Shown here: piece after piece, positions 34,850 through 48,639 of the stretch
How the letters are laid out: every line of letters begins with the position of its first letter
Position numbering within the stretch: position 1 is the stretch's first letter
Assembly: GCF_018350175.1 (NCBI RefSeq)
Contig: NC_058368.1
Coordinates: forward strand, 24,926,001-24,990,000
DNA: 64,000 bases
Direction of reading: 5' to 3'
From: Felis catus
Lineage: Eukaryota
Notes under the pieces: model-generated
What the model was told of the DNA's origin: nothing
Databases searched by the model: none
What the model saw: only the letters and a program-made list of their open reading frames with translations
Program-made: the position numbers and the translations under genes

Positions 34850-37800
34850 GGTTTCTTTTTATTTTATTTCATTTTGTTTTTTCATCATAAAACATTTACA
34901 TGGTTGCAGAGTTAAATCTCCCAAACAGTTTACCTTCAGAAAAGTCTTTTTATCTCTTGATTGTTCCACCCTATTACCAATAGGTAACCAGTTTTAGTAG
35001 TTGGTGGATTATACCGCTGTTTTAACACGCACACATACAGATCCAAATTGTATGTATATGAGTACATACACAAATTACTGTTTATGTAGGGGTATTTCTT
35101 CTTTTTCTTAGATAAAAGGTAACATACTGTATACATTTTCTTTACCCTGCTGTGTTTACTTATTACTGTATCTAGGAGACCATTCCATAGCAATATGTAG
35201 AGGTATTTTTTATGTCTTTTTACATTTACGTAGTACTTCATTGTATGAATATCATACATTGTTTAACCAGTCTTCTACTGCAGACATTTATTTCAGTCTT
35301 GCTACAGCAAATAGAACTTCAGTGAAGAGCTTTGTGCACTTGTTTTTGGGGTTTTTTTAAGTGTGTCTTAGGAAGAGATAAAGCCCTCAAATGGAACTGC
35401 TGTGTCAAGAGTAAAATCCTATGTAATTTTGCTAAATAATGACAGTTCTTTTTCAAAGCATTGTTGCCTGCAGTGTATGATGGTGCCTTTTTTTTTCCTA
35501 CTTTGTTAGTATATGTGGTCAAATTTTTGAATTTTTGCCAATTTGATAGGAAAAAATAGGGTGTATAATTTTTATTTATGTTACTCTTATGAATGAAGTT
35601 AGACATCTTCCTATAGATAAGGAACATTTTCTGTGAATTCTGTTCATGTCTCCTGCCTATTTTTGATTTTTTTTTGGGGGGGGGGGTTGGTTTTTTTCCT
35701 TTTCTATTTTTAGAATCCCTGTCTTGCAGGGATAATTTATTTGTGATATTGGGTGCAGATAATTTCCTTGTTTTTTCATTTATTTTATTTTAATACTTTA
35801 TTTTTCAGTTTTAGGTTCATAGCAAAATTGATCAGAAGGTACAAAGATTTCCCATATCCTCCCTACGTCCACACAGTCACAACCTCCCACACTCTAAATA
35901 TCCTGAACCAAAATGATACATTTCTTGAAATTAGTGAACCTACATTGACACATCATTATCACTCAACGGTCATAGTTTGTATTAGGATTTACTCCTGTAC
36001 ATTCTATAGGTTTGGACAAATGTATAATGACATGTTCACCATTACAGTATCATACAGAGTCGTTAGACTGCCCTAAAAATTCTCTGTGCCTATTCATTTT
36101 TCTTTCCTGTTATCTCCTAGTAACTACTGTTTCTTTTACTGTTTCCAGAGCTTTTCCTTTTATAGAATGCCCAGTAATTGCAATGATACAGTATGTAAAC
36201 GTTTTAGATTGGCTTCTTTCACTTAACAGTAGGCATTTACGATTCTGCCATGTCTGTTTATGGCTTGATAGCTCATTTGTTTTTAACCCTGAATAATATT
36301 TCATTATCTGGATGTGTCAGGTAATAGTTTATCTATTCATCTTTAGAAGGGTACCTTGGTTGCTTTCAAGTTTTGGCAGTTTTGGATAAAGCTGCTATAA
36401 ACATCCTTGTTTGGGTAAATTCCAAGGAATGCCACTATAGGATTGTATGGTATGAGTATGTTTAGTTTCCTAAGTTTTAGTTTCTCTAGTTGAGGAAGTT
36501 CCCCTCTGCTTGTAGTATGCTAAGGTTTTTATCACGAATCGATGTTAGATTTTGTCAAATGCTTTCACTGTATCTATGGAAATGATCACATGATTTTTTT
36601 CTTCTTAAGTCTGTTGATGTGATGGATTATTTTAATTGACTTTTGATTGGTGAATCAACCTTGCATACCTGGTATAAATCCCACTAGGTTGTGTTGGGCA
36701 GATCTTTTTATATATTGATGGATTTGATTTGCTAATATTTTCAGGATATTTGCATCTATGTTCTTAAGAAATATTTGTCATTACAAGAAGATTGCGGTGT
36801 CTTTGTCTGGGTTTGGTATTATTTTGCTATTAAATGCTGTTTTCATAGAATGAGTCAGGAAGTATTCTCTCTGCTTCTATTTTCTGCAAAAGACTGTAGA
36901 GAATTGCTCTAATTCCTTTCTTAAATGTTTGATAGAATTTGCATGTGAATCCACCTGGGCCTGGTGCTTTCTGTTTTAGAAGATTATTAATTATTGTTTC
37001 AGTTTCTTTAATGGAACTGAATGGCTTACTCAGATTGTCTTCATGTATGAGTTTTAGCAGATTGTCTTTTTTTGAGGAATTAGACTATTTCATATAGGTT
37101 ATCAAATTTGTGGTCGTAGCATTGTTTGTAGTATTCCTTAATTATCCTTTTAATGTCCTTGGGATTTGTAGTAATGTCTCCTCTTTTGTTTCTGATATTA
37201 CTAACTTATGTCTTCTCTCTTTTTTTCCTAGTTAGCCTGACTAGCTTATCGATTTTATTGATGTTTTCAAAGACTGGCTTTAGGTTTCTTTGATTCTTCT
37301 CTGTTTTTTCCTGTTTTCAATTTTGATTTCTGCTCTAATTTTTATTCTTTTTCACTGCTTACTTTAGATTTAATGTGCTGTTCTTTTTCGAGTTTTTTAA
37401 AGTGGAAGCTTTGATTATGGATTTTAGAGTTTTAGAAATGCTGTAAATTCTTCTCTAAACCCTGCTTTCACTGCATTCCACAAATTTCGATAAGTTGTAT
37501 TTCAGCTTCATTTAATTTGAAATATTTTTAAATTGCTCTCAAGGTTTTTTCTTTCAGTCGTGTGTTAATTAGAGGTGTGTTGTTTAATCTCCACATATTT
37601 TGGGATTTTCCAACTAGCTTTCTGTTATTGATTTCTAGTTTAATTACATTGTGGTCTGGGAGCAAACATTGTGTGGATGTCTATTCTTTTAAAAATGTGT
37701 TTTATGGTCCAGAACATGGTCTGTTTTGTGGTGAGTGTCCCCTATGAGCTTGAGAAACATGTGTATTCTGCTGTTGGATGAAGTAGTCTATAGACGTCAG

Positions 37801-38600
37801 TTGTATCCAGTATAGATTGATGGTGCTTTTGAGTTAAACTATGTTCTTACTGATTTTCTCCTTGCTAGATCTGTCCATTTTTGACAGAGTGGTGTTAAAG
37901 TCTCCAACTGTAATAGTGGATCATGCCTTTTCCTTACAGTTTATATCAGTTTTTACCTTATGTATTTTGACACTCTGTTGTTTGGCACATATATATTAAG
38001 GATTTTTATGTCTTCTTAGAAAATTGACTGCTTTATCATTATGTAACGCCTCTTTTTGTCCCTGGTCACTTTTCTTGCTTTGAAGTCTGCTCTGTCTGAA
38101 ATTAACATAGCTACATCCACTCTCTTTTGATTAGTATTAGCACAGTATATCTTTCTCCATCTCTTTTCCTTTTTTTCTGTGTCTTTATATATAAATTTAT
38201 TTCTTGTAGACAGCATGTATTTGGGTCTTATTTTTTAGTCCACTCTGATAGTCTCTGTTTTCATTGATGTAGTCCATTGATGTTTAAAGGAAGTATTCAT
38301 ATAATTGAATTAATGTCTATTATATTTGTTACTGTTTTCTGTTTGTTACCATTGTTCTTTGTTCCTTTTGTTTTCCACTCTTTTTGTGCCTACTATGGTT
38401 TTAATGAGCAATTTTATATTATTCCAGTTTCTCCTTTTCTAGCATATCAGTTTACTCATTTTCACTTTTTTATAGCGGTTGCACTAGAGTTTGCAGTGTA
38501 CATTTACAACTAATTCCAGTTTACTTTCAAGTAACACTCTAGTGCTTCACAGGTAGTCCAAGTACTGTATAATAACAAAATATTACTAATTCTTTCCTCT
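34850..38600 (-). mobile_element. Composite of old L1 fragments, including ORF2 RT and endonuclease remnants
   Basis: Track ORF 38016-38216 (RWRKIYCANTNQKRVDVAMLISDRADFK) resembles the L1 endonuclease; frequent stops and frameshifts. Confidence 0.85.
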
Positions 38601-38677
38601 GGAATATCCTAAGTGGTACTGGGATTTTCTGCTCCTTAAAGGTTTGGTAAAATTCCCATGTGAAACCAACCGAGTCT

Positions 38678-38888
38678 GGGGGCACCTAGGTGGCTCAGCC
38701 AGTTAAGTGTCTGACTTCAGCTCAGGTCATGATTTCGCGGTCTGTGGGTTCAAGCCCCACATCGGGCTCTGTGCTGACAGCTCAGAGCCTGGATCCTGCT
38801 TTGGATTCTGTGTCTCCCTCTCTGCCCCTCCCCCATTCATGCTCTGTCTCTCTCTGTCTCAAAAATAAATAAACGTTAAAAAAAAAAA
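38678..38888 (+). mobile_element. SINEC_Fc
   Basis: Full-length SINE. Confidence 0.9.
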
Positions 38889-39316
38889 GTCTGGTACTGT
38901 TTTATGAAAAGTTCTTTATTTTTTTATGGAAATTAGACTTTTGGCTTTGAAGTCAATTTTGTCAAATTGTATTTTTCTAAAAAATTATTTCCTCTGGGTT
39001 TTAAAACTTTCTACATAGAGTTGTGAAGAAATCTCATGTTTTTCTTTATTTTTCTTTGTTCTAATGCCTATTTTTATTTTGTTATGTCTGATTCGGGATA
39101 CTTTTGCTTTTTCCCTTTTTTCTTGATTTAGGTTAGCCAATGATTTTCAGAGAGTTGGCTTTTGGATTTATAGATTAGTTCTTTCTCTTTTCTAATACAT
39201 GTATTTGTTTTTTCTTTTATTCTGTCTTTGCTTTACTGTGTTCCTTTTTCTTTTTGAATTGATTGAGCATTGATTTATTCTCATTTGATTTATATTAGTA
39301 TTAAAGCTTTTCTCCT

Positions 39317-39542
39317 GGGGGTGCCTGGGTGGCTCAGTCGGTTAAGCGGCCGACTTCAGCTCAGGTCATGATTTCGCGGTCCGTGAGTTCGAGCCCCACG
39401 TCGGGCTCTGTGCTGACAGCTCAGAGCCTGGAGGCTGTTTCAGATTCTGTGTCTCCCTCTCTCTGACCCTCTCCCATTCATGCTCTGTCTCTCTCTGTCT
39501 CAAAAATAAATAAACGTTAAAAAAAAAAATTAAAAAAAAAAA
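39317..39542 (+). mobile_element. SINEC_Fc
   Basis: TSD AAAGCTTTTCTCC. Confidence 0.93.
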
Positions 39543-39771
39543 AAAGCTTTTCTCCATTAAAAGCTTTAGCTGAATTTATGGATCTGATCTTATATGTCAT
39601 GTTTTCATTATCATTATTTTCAAGAAATTCTCCTCTTTAGGTTTAGATTTTACCTATGATCCAATAAGTTTTTAATTGTACATTTAAAAATTTTAGGTTG
39701 AAGAGCCTTTTGTTTGTTGTATGTGTGTGCATGTGTGTGTATGTTATTTCCATTAAAAACAATAACTTCTC

Positions 39772-40002
39772 GGGGCGCCTGGGTGGCGCAGTCGGTTAAG
39801 CGTCCGACTTCAGCCAGGTCACGATCTTGCGGTCCGTGAGTTTGAGCCCCGCGTCGGGCTCTGGGCTGATGGCTCAGAGCCTGGAGCCTGTTTCTGATTC
39901 TGTGTCTCCCTCTCTCTCTGCCCCTCCCCATTCATGCTCTGTCTCTCTCTGTCCCAAAAATAAATAAACGTTGAAAAAAAAATTTTTTTAAAACAAAAAC
40001 AA
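39772..40002 (+). mobile_element. SINEC_Fc (youngest type)
   Basis: TSD AAAAACAATAACTTCTC. Confidence 0.94.
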
Positions 40003-41254
40003 AAAAACAATAACTTCTCTGCTATTACTCTTTATATTTCTATTTTTTTCAACTTTACCGAGATTTTCTTTGTGGCCTAAGGTCAGTTTATCTAAATTTT
40101 CCCTGTGTGCTTGAAAGGATGGAGTATTTCCTATTTTTTTGGTTTTCAGGTTCTCAAGTATATCTAAAATATCTACTGTTTTGATCTTCTCTATTTTTAG
40201 TATCATTGTCTACTTGAGGTCTTGATTTGAGACTATCTTGTTAAAGTGTCTTGTGTCTCTACTTTTCCCTACCTCTCTTACACTTGCTGCACTTCACTGT
40301 GTGTATGATGCACAGACACAACGATAAAAACTGTTCTCTTTTCATGGTAATGTTTTTAACGCAGTTTTTAGAGATGACTTGATTTTGGTGATCTGTTGAA
40401 TGTCCTTTGAAGTATAAACCTTATTTATTTGTGGCTCTGCTTATTGTAAAACAATGTAATTTTTGTGAGCACTTCATAAAAGAAAATCTCCATTAACCCT
40501 ATCATGGGATTTTTCTTCAGTGGCTATAAACAAAATATACTACAGTTTCCCAAATACAGACCTACATTTCTTAACTGTCTGTGTTTCTGTAATATTGAAA
40601 GGATCTGAGATTGTAATCTGTGAATGATTTAAAATTTCGCAATGTCAGCTTGTTCTAATAGCTATCTATAGACTGGGCTGAGTTAGCTGGGCTAATGTTC
40701 AGGCCAAAAATCAATGAACCATTATTGTTCATTTTTTAAAGTTTTCAACCTTCATCAGAAGTGTCCACTTGAAAAGGTTTCAAAACATTAAGGTGAGAAC
40801 CATAATCTCAGTAATAGTTTTTTTCTGATTGTTAATAGCTTTGGTGTAAAAATGTGGTAATGAATTATAGGCAAGAAAAATTTGGATCAACATTAATCCT
40901 AGAGCTTCTGACAGAAAATTAAGAATTCACTAATAATGTTAGTTTTTTGTGTAACTAAGCATATTTTTAGAGCAAAAGTGTTTGGAATCATTATTCTTTA
41001 AAAGGTGGGAAGACAAAATCCTTTGTATGAAACATTGAGTGTTTAAAACTTGATATTCTTCAATATAATAGAGAATTACTACTAGGAACAATAATAGCTC
41101 TAAGCTAGTAATGGACAAATTTACACAGTTGTTTTAAAGTGAATATTAGTACAAGGGGGGAACTTCATTGCTATATAAGGGAGTTATTTTTTGACCAAAT
41201 GTTCTGTGATAATTTTTATCTATTAGTTGCAAAGGAAGTTTCTCCAACTAATTT

Positions 41255-41279
41255 TTTTAATTTTTTAAAGAATGTTTGT

Positions 41280-41335
<56 letters not shown>

Positions 41336-41442
41336 TCCCTGCAGAGCCCCATGCGGGGCTTGATCTCCCAAACCATGAGATCATGACCTGAGCCGAAATT
41401 AAGAGTCTGAGGCTTAACCACCTGAGCCCCCGAGGGACCCCC
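41255..41442 (-). mobile_element. CAN-SINE with long (GA)n and internal deletion
   Basis: Reverse SINE head and (GA)n at about 41283-41329. Confidence 0.82.
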
Positions 41443-42039
41443 TAAGTAATTTTAGAAAGGTATAAGGAAATGCAATGAGATTATGTGGGATAAATGGAAA
41501 AGATAGTTGAAGTAGATTTTTTTTCCCTTTCCATCTTCTTTGTCTCATCTAATACATACTAATACCATTCCCTGTCATTAACAAAGAACAAACATGTTTT
41601 AGGGATAAACAGACTTTAGGAACAAAATGTCAGTTGCACTCGTATGGCCTAGGGTGGCTTGAACTAATAGTTGTGGGTAAGTCAAAGGGAAATAGTTGGC
41701 TCTACTTTAAGCAGTAGACAAAGTTTGATGTGATTGCTAAAGAATTGTTAGGCTTTAAAAAATTTATTTTTATTTTTTTAGAATTGTTAGTCTTAACTTT
41801 CCCTTTCAGCACTATTATGGAGTATATACTTTGAGGGTCCTCTTACTACAGTAAAACTAGATCCTGAATAAGTGACAACAAACACATTTTAAATGCATTG
41901 CTGCTTTCTCAAAAATGTAAAACAGCAGCAAAAACAAAAAAAGCAAGAACAGAAAATTAAATAGTAAATGTGAAAGCTAGTGGTGACCTTACGACTTTTA
42001 CTAGTATTAGAGCAGGTCAGAGACTAACCCTTTTTGGTC

Positions 42040-42620
42040 CATCTGTGGAGACAGAGTTGTTGAATTGGAAGATGGAGCTGAAAAATTTATCCAGAATACA
42101 GCACATAAATACAGGTTACAGATAATGTTGAAGAGATTCACAAGTTTGGGGGAAATACTTAGAAAGTCTAATGTACCCCTCATTGGAACTCCAGGAAAAA
42201 AATAGAATGTAGGACAGTCAATTATTGAAAGGAGTAGTGCTGTGAATTTTCTGTAATTGATGAGACAAAGCTACAGAAGGCACAATACATATCAAATGGA
42301 ATATTATTATGCAGTTGTAAAATACCAGAATCATGGAGAAAATACCAGAAACACCCCAAGAAAAAAAGGGAAATCCTCCTACAAAGAAGCAACAGAATGA
42401 CATCAGTAACAATGGAGGCCAAAAGACACTGGGATAGTATTTCCAAAACGTTAAGATAAATCTGTCAACCCATAGTTATATATCCAGCAAAACTGTTTTT
42501 CAAGAATGAAGATATAATACAGACATTTTTAGATAAAATCGAGTGTTGGCTACTAGGAGAACTTCACTAAATAGAGAATGTCTAAAAAGATACTCATCAG
42601 GAAGGTAGTAGCAAATGATT
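42040..42620 (+). mobile_element. Decayed L1 ORF1-region fragment
   Basis: tatatccagcaaaactgtttttcaagaatgaag...acattttt resembles the ORF1 3' end. Confidence 0.55.
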
Positions 42621-42739
42621 TAGAAGGAGGGTCTGAAATGTGAATCGTAAAGGCGAACAGAGAAAATGTTTACTAGGTTGGACAGTCTGTTTTGTGTTGG
42701 CCTATGAAATCGTCGGAAGTGTGGCCTTGTACTTTGAAG

Positions 42740-43290
42740 AGGTGAAGCGTAGTTCCAAAAGTGTAGTGTAAATTGCTTTGCACTCACCAGAACCCATCCC
42801 ATCACTTTTTCATTTTGTAGATGCATCGTGGTTTTGGGGAATTGACCCTGGTTCGCTGCTGGGGCCTGATTAGTCTAATTCAGTCATAATAATCCCATTC
42901 TCTTTGCTAATTCGGTTCATTGAGGAACCAGGCCTGAGTCATTTCACCTGCGGCCATTACTTTGGTATTAGTTTTTGATTTATTGATCGGTTTGTTATTG
43001 ATTTAGATGTGGTCATGTGACTGAAGTTGGCCCACTCAAACTGAAGGAATGAATTCTCATTTCGTGATTGAGGGAGAGCACCCTGCGAGAACCTAGATTG
43101 CTTCTTATGGGAAAAGTAACATGCCTTAGTGTGAAGTCAGCAATAGGAAGGGCAGAGCTGTGAGAAGAACAACACAAGAAAGTTTGATGTCTAATGATTT
43201 CAGTATGTTACTACATCACCCAGCCCTGAAGTTCACCTTATTTTATGTGACTGTACTTTAAATTTACGTAGTTTGTAAGCTTATAGTACC
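42740..43290. mobile_element. Old MaLR LTR (MLT1-type)
   Basis: ggtcatgtgactgaagttggccca and cagccctgaagttcacct motifs. Confidence 0.5.
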
Positions 43291-44034
43291 TTGTGTAAGC
43301 TCCACCCAAAACTTATCCTGCAAAATAAGTTAGACTTTATTAATGCAAGTATAATTTCAGTTCTACACCAGGAGAGGCAGAAGCCATATGCTGTGTGCTG
43401 CTGTGGCAAGACTAGATTAATTTTAGTTTTCATGTTTTATTGAATTACATTGGCAGATTGACGTGCCCAGGGAAAATGACAGAGTGATAAAGTGGGAAAA
43501 TTCCAAAATGTTGACGTGTGATCAATGTGAAGTGTATCTTTGGCCTTGTCTAAGAAGATGTTGAAGAGATTTAGTAGCAGTGTTCAGATATTTAAAGGGC
43601 TGATGGGCGACAGATGTTTAGATTTATTTTCCCATGATCTAGAGGTCAGAACTGATTCCAATCAGAAATTCTGGAGAGGTGTAAGAGAGTTGTGATCAGT
43701 ATAAGAATTTTTTGATACTTAAGAGCTGTCTGAAAATGGGGACTAAGGGGTGTAACAGTGAAGAGAGATCAGTGGTGACCTAGGGAGTAAATATTTTTCC
43801 TTCTATTCATCTACTAAGACTTCCATAGCTATATGATATTTAAGAGATTTCCTACATAGGGCAGGAGAAGATTGGATTATGTTATTTACAGAGACTCCTA
43901 ACATTTTATGACTTTAGTTGCTAATCAAATTATTGTAATACTGGTTTTCAACTTTTTTTTTTTTTTTAGCCTAAGAGCTTTTTTTAAATCAAATTCTTGG
44001 CAATGCCTCTTTACTATCTAAAAGTAAAATTCAT

Positions 44035-44250
44035 GGGGTGCCTGGTTGGCTCAGTTAAGCATGCGACTTCGGCTTAGGTCCTGATCTTGTGGTTTGTGAG
44101 TTCGAGCCCCGCATCAGAGCTCAGCTGACAGCTCAGAGCCGGGAACCTGCTTCAGATTCTGTCTCCCTCTCTCTCTGCCTCTCCCCTGCTCACACTCTGT
44201 CTCTGTCTCTCAAAAATGAAAAACCTTAAAATTTAAAAAGATATTAAAAA
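44035..44250 (+). mobile_element. SINEC_Fc
   Basis: TSD TAAAATTCAT. Confidence 0.88.
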
Positions 44251-44732
44251 ATAAAATTCATAATGAATATTACCTATCCATACATATAATGTTTATGGAA
44301 TAAATGTGAATGTACTGTAAACTAAAAATAAAATGAAAATAAAGTAAAAGCCTGCAATCATTTATTGCATTTCTGAAATGTAAGAAATTTTTAATACCAG
44401 CTTTTCTAAGTGAGGCATAGATTTGTTTGACAGCAAAACCTAATTTTAATTGACATGAAGCTAATTATAGTCTTTATACAATTGGCGATTTCATGTTTTG
44501 CTACAAAAATATTAGTATGTTTGAGCACAGGTTGCTGCTGTAGACCCTGTTGGTGTTGTTACTTAGCATACTTTGAAGTCCAAAAAAAAAAAAAAATTCT
44601 GAATTCTTAAAATATCTCATCCCAAGTGTACTGGCTGAAATGCTTTAGTTCATTAACAAGTATTTCAACATGTACATGTTCTGGGATGACTAATTTAGAA
44701 TACATAATAAAGTAATCAAACGGCTGCACATC

Positions 44733-44942
44733 TTTTTAAAAAATGTTTTTAATATTTATTTTTGAGAGGAGGAGAGGAGGGGCAGAGAGAGAGAGGGAGA
44801 GAGAGGATCCAGAGTGGGTTCTGTGCTGATAGCAGAGACCCTGATGCTGGGCTCTAACTCCGAACCGTGACATCATGACCTGAGCCAAAGTCATGAGATC
44901 ATGACCTGATGCCTAACCGACTGAGCCTCCCAGCCCTCCCCC
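44733..44942 (-). mobile_element. CAN-SINE (degenerate, small internal duplication)
   Basis: Reverse SINE; ATCATGACCTGA occurs twice. Confidence 0.8.
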
Positions 44943-45452
44943 CACCCGCACATCTAATTAATGTTTGCATTTAAAAGAAATAAGGTGACAAGCTACTATG
45001 TCGTATTTAAAAAACAATAGCAATTCAAAAATTACATTATTTATATAGGATGAATATTGGAAATATTTATGTTATTAATATTTATTGAGGTGATTGCATT
45101 TTTAGTTCTAAATCTGTTAAAAATACTTTGCTACACACTTGCAGGTTATTTTATTTTGCAGTATCAACTACTACTTCTCTGAAATCCTTTTCAACTAAAT
45201 TAGTAGTTGGGTATTACATGCTACTTTAAGTAGAAAACTATATTTTTCAATAATTTGGAGACAACTTCCTATAAAATTTTTTTGATATAAATTGTACTGA
45301 TGTAAGATTATAGTAAATTTAATCCATAGAACACTGAAAAGTTACATGGGATGTAAAATAGTTCCTCATTGATAATCCATGGAATATATTTTAAGAATAA
45401 AAATAATTGTGTCCCTTTTTTTCCTTTTGTCTTATATATAAATAGGAGTTAG

Positions 45453-45571
45453 TCCTTCCTTCCTTCCTTCCTTCCTTCCTTCCTTCCTTCCTTCCTTCCT
45501 TCCTTCCCTCCCCTCCCCTCCCCTCCCCTCCCCTCCCCTCCCCTCCCCTCCCTTCATACCTTCCTCCCTCC
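45453..45571. repeat. (TCCT)n-(CCCCT)n compound polypyrimidine repeat
   Basis: Directly visible. Confidence 0.95.
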
Positions 45572-46642
45572 TAGTATTTTTCCATGGCTGGTTCCACTCT
45601 TGTAGAGCCTTTTCTAATATTTTTGTCAGCCTTTATTTTCATACCATATATGTCATTTAGCAAGTGATACACCATGACTTTGTACCTAAATATGTAAAAT
45701 TTAGGGCAATTATAATATATACTAGATTTTTTTAAAAAAAGATTTCAGAGAGAAATTAATTTGTGTTGTAAGCAGCACCATTTTATGTTTGGGAATGCCC
45801 AGAAAGAACTTTCAGCAATTAATGTCCTTGAGTTTTAGTTTCTTACATAGTCAGGATTTAGAGTGTTAATAAAAGTGAGACACTGTGGTAGGAAGGTTAA
45901 CAATTCTACAACACTGGTTATTTTCTTACCACGTAGTAAAATGTTGTTTGGAGTCTTTATCTTATATAGTTATTTAATTAAATTTTACAAGCTGAAATCG
46001 CCCTGTTCTGTTTGTAGGATACTGTTACACCTGGAATAAAATGTAAATTTTTATGTTTTTAACTATAGTATAAGGACTGATTTTCTAACCATTTTAGCCA
46101 CCATTTTGATTTCATCAAAATAGGGGAACATCTTTTTAAAAAAGCATTTGTAAAATTACCAAATGAGTTTGGATTTAATCTTTAAGTGTGCAGGAAAATG
46201 CTGTTACATTAAGTGTATGATAAGTTTTAGATCAGTATTTCTGAGTCTACTGTGAAAATTGTAGCCATTTTTAGTCATTTTTTAATATAGTCACTTAAAA
46301 ATCCTTTTGTTTCTTTTTATCCATTTTAAACTGTCTTTTCCCCCTAGAAACTTACAAGTAGAAACTTGGTATGTTTTAGACTACCCACTGCTTATTAAAT
46401 ATTTGCATTGTATATTTTTAAATCTTATTCCTTACTTTACCAAGTTGCTGTTTGATAAAATACAGTGTTTTCATTATGGTGCTACACTAGAACTTGTCGC
46501 TTCTACTTAGTGGATAAGTGATTATTTGCTAAATAGATTCTTTAATGAAACAAAGATGAAGCTAGAAATATTCTGTATTATAGTAACTATTTTGTAATTT
46601 TTAAAAAATATGGTAATCTGTATGTATATATATACTTTTTAG

Positions 46643-46751
46643 AAAGAATCTTCGAGAGGGAGACATAGGGAAAAGGAAGACATTAAAATCACTAAGGAGA
46701 GAACTCCCGAAAGTGAAGAAGAAAATGTAGAATGGGAAACTAATAGAGATG
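46643..46751 (+). CDS. ZC3H13: ZC3H13 exon 5, 109 nt, phase 0-1
   Basis: tttttag|AAA...GAT G|gtgagt; KESSRGRHREKEDIKITKERTPESEEENVEWETNRD. Confidence 0.93.
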
Positions 46752-47107
46752 GTGAGTGCAAGAATCTTTGCTTATATAGTCAAGCTATTGATTATTCACT
46801 TTGTAGACTTTTGGGGTTTCAAAACACTTTTCAACTGTTACCTCCTCGTTTCAGAATCATCTTACTGCCGTCTTTCCACTTTAATGAGTCGTAATACAGA
46901 AAATAGCATGTGGTAGCGGAACAAAGTCAGAGAAGGCTATTCACACTGCATTTTTCAACTTCCCCATCCTTCCCCCTCCCCCCCCCCAGGACTTCATTGG
47001 GCAGCATCACAGTCCTTTGAAATTGTATTACTTTTCTAAGTGTTTTTAGGCCCTTAAAAAATTAAGGGTTAATTAAAAAAAAATTAAGTTAAAAAATTAA
47101 GTCTAAA

Positions 47108-47287
47108 TTTTTTTTTAGTGTTTATTTTTGAGAGCACAAGCAGGGGAGGGACGGCGAGGCGGGGACAGAGGATCCGAAGCAGACTCTGTGCTGCCAGCAG
47201 CGAGTCCCATGTGGGACTTTAACTCACGAGCCGTGAGATCGTGACCTCAGCCGAAGTCAGACACTCAACCAAGCCCCCTGGTGCCCC
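47108..47287 (-). mobile_element. CAN-SINE
   Basis: Reverse SINE body. Confidence 0.85.
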
Positions 47288-47749
47288 TAAGTTTTGTTTG
47301 TATTACATAAAATATTAAAATAAGTTTTTTAAATCTTAAAGATCTGGGAAAATTATTTCCAAGAAATTGTAGACTTTCACCTTTCAGAAGAAATCCAATT
47401 CACATACTAATTGAGACCAGGGATTTGTTCATGAGTAATAGCAAAATCATCTTTGCATCATTTAACAAGTTAGCATTTGTTTTCTTACCATGAATGTTCT
47501 TTTCCTCTTTTATGACCTTCTGAAGGTGAGCAGTAGAGCCTCACACTACCACATAGAGAAAGGAAAGTCACATTTATTGAATGCTTTGGGTGTGCTGTGC
47601 ATTTCAGTATCATTTGTGTAATTACCTCATTAATTCAGTAGCTTTGTTACTCTACTTACACATGACAAAACTAAAGAATGTAAGAATTTAAGCAAGTTCC
47701 TTAGCAGTAAACTGAAAACTTAGACCAAGAGTTAAAAAAATTATAGTTT

Positions 47750-47900
47750 GTAGGCCAGCCATCTGTGTTTGCAAATAAAGTTTTATTCGACACAACCAGT
47801 CCTATTTGGTTACATATTTCCTGTGGCTGCTTTTGACGTACCGTGGATGAGTCGAGTACTTACGAGAGCCAACAGTCTGTAAGCCTAAAATATTTACTAT
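47750..47900. mobile_element. MER58A-like fragment
   Basis: aaataaagttttatt...ctgtggctgctttt...gcctaaaatatttactat. Confidence 0.6.
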
Positions 47901-48344
47901 TACATTGAAGAACAGTCTCTAAAGAGATCTATTCTGAGACTTCAAAAGTATGCTAAATGCCTCTCCTGTAATTTGAACATCAGTATTTTTTTTAGGAAAT
48001 CCATTCCACTTCTGGACAGTGTTGTCTACTTAAAACTTACTCCTAAGAGCAGATAGGGAATTTCCTTATGATAAGTTTATTGGGATTTCATAAGTCAATG
48101 TAATACCTCTTACAAAATAGTAGTAGAAGCAGCTATAATGTCTCATTGTAGGTGACTAAATAGTTCATATATTGAAATAAAATACTATAAATCTTGACTG
48201 TTTGAGGTTGGATAGCGAACTTTGCCTAACTATGAGGGGATTAGCTAAATACACTCAGCATTCTTTTCATTTTAATTACTTTCAGATAAGAAATATTCTG
48301 AAATATACTAGATACCCCTTAATCTTTAAAAATAAAAATTTCTC

Positions 48345-48572
48345 GGGGCGCCTGGGTGGCGCAGTCGGTTAAGCGTCCGACTTCAGCCAGGTCACGATCT
48401 CGCGGTCTGTGAGTTCGAGCCCCGCGTCGGGCTCTGGGCTGATGGCTCGGAGCCTGGAGCCTGTTTCCGATTCTGTGTCTCCCTCTCTCTCTGCCCCTCC
48501 CCCGTTCATGCTCTGTCTCTCTCTGTCTCAAAAATAAATAAAAAAACGTTGAAAAAAAATCAAAATAAAAAA
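48345..48572 (+). mobile_element. SINEC_Fc (youngest type)
   Basis: TSD AAAAATAAAAATTTCTC. Confidence 0.95.
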
Positions 48573-48639
48573 AAAAATAAAAATTTCTCTATTCCCATTT
48601 AAAAGCCTAAGAAGAGTTTCCTCCTTGTCATCATAGTAG

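Noticed and set aside
36480..38600. Possible active L1 ORF2
   Set aside because: Only short remnants broken by stops and frameshifts.
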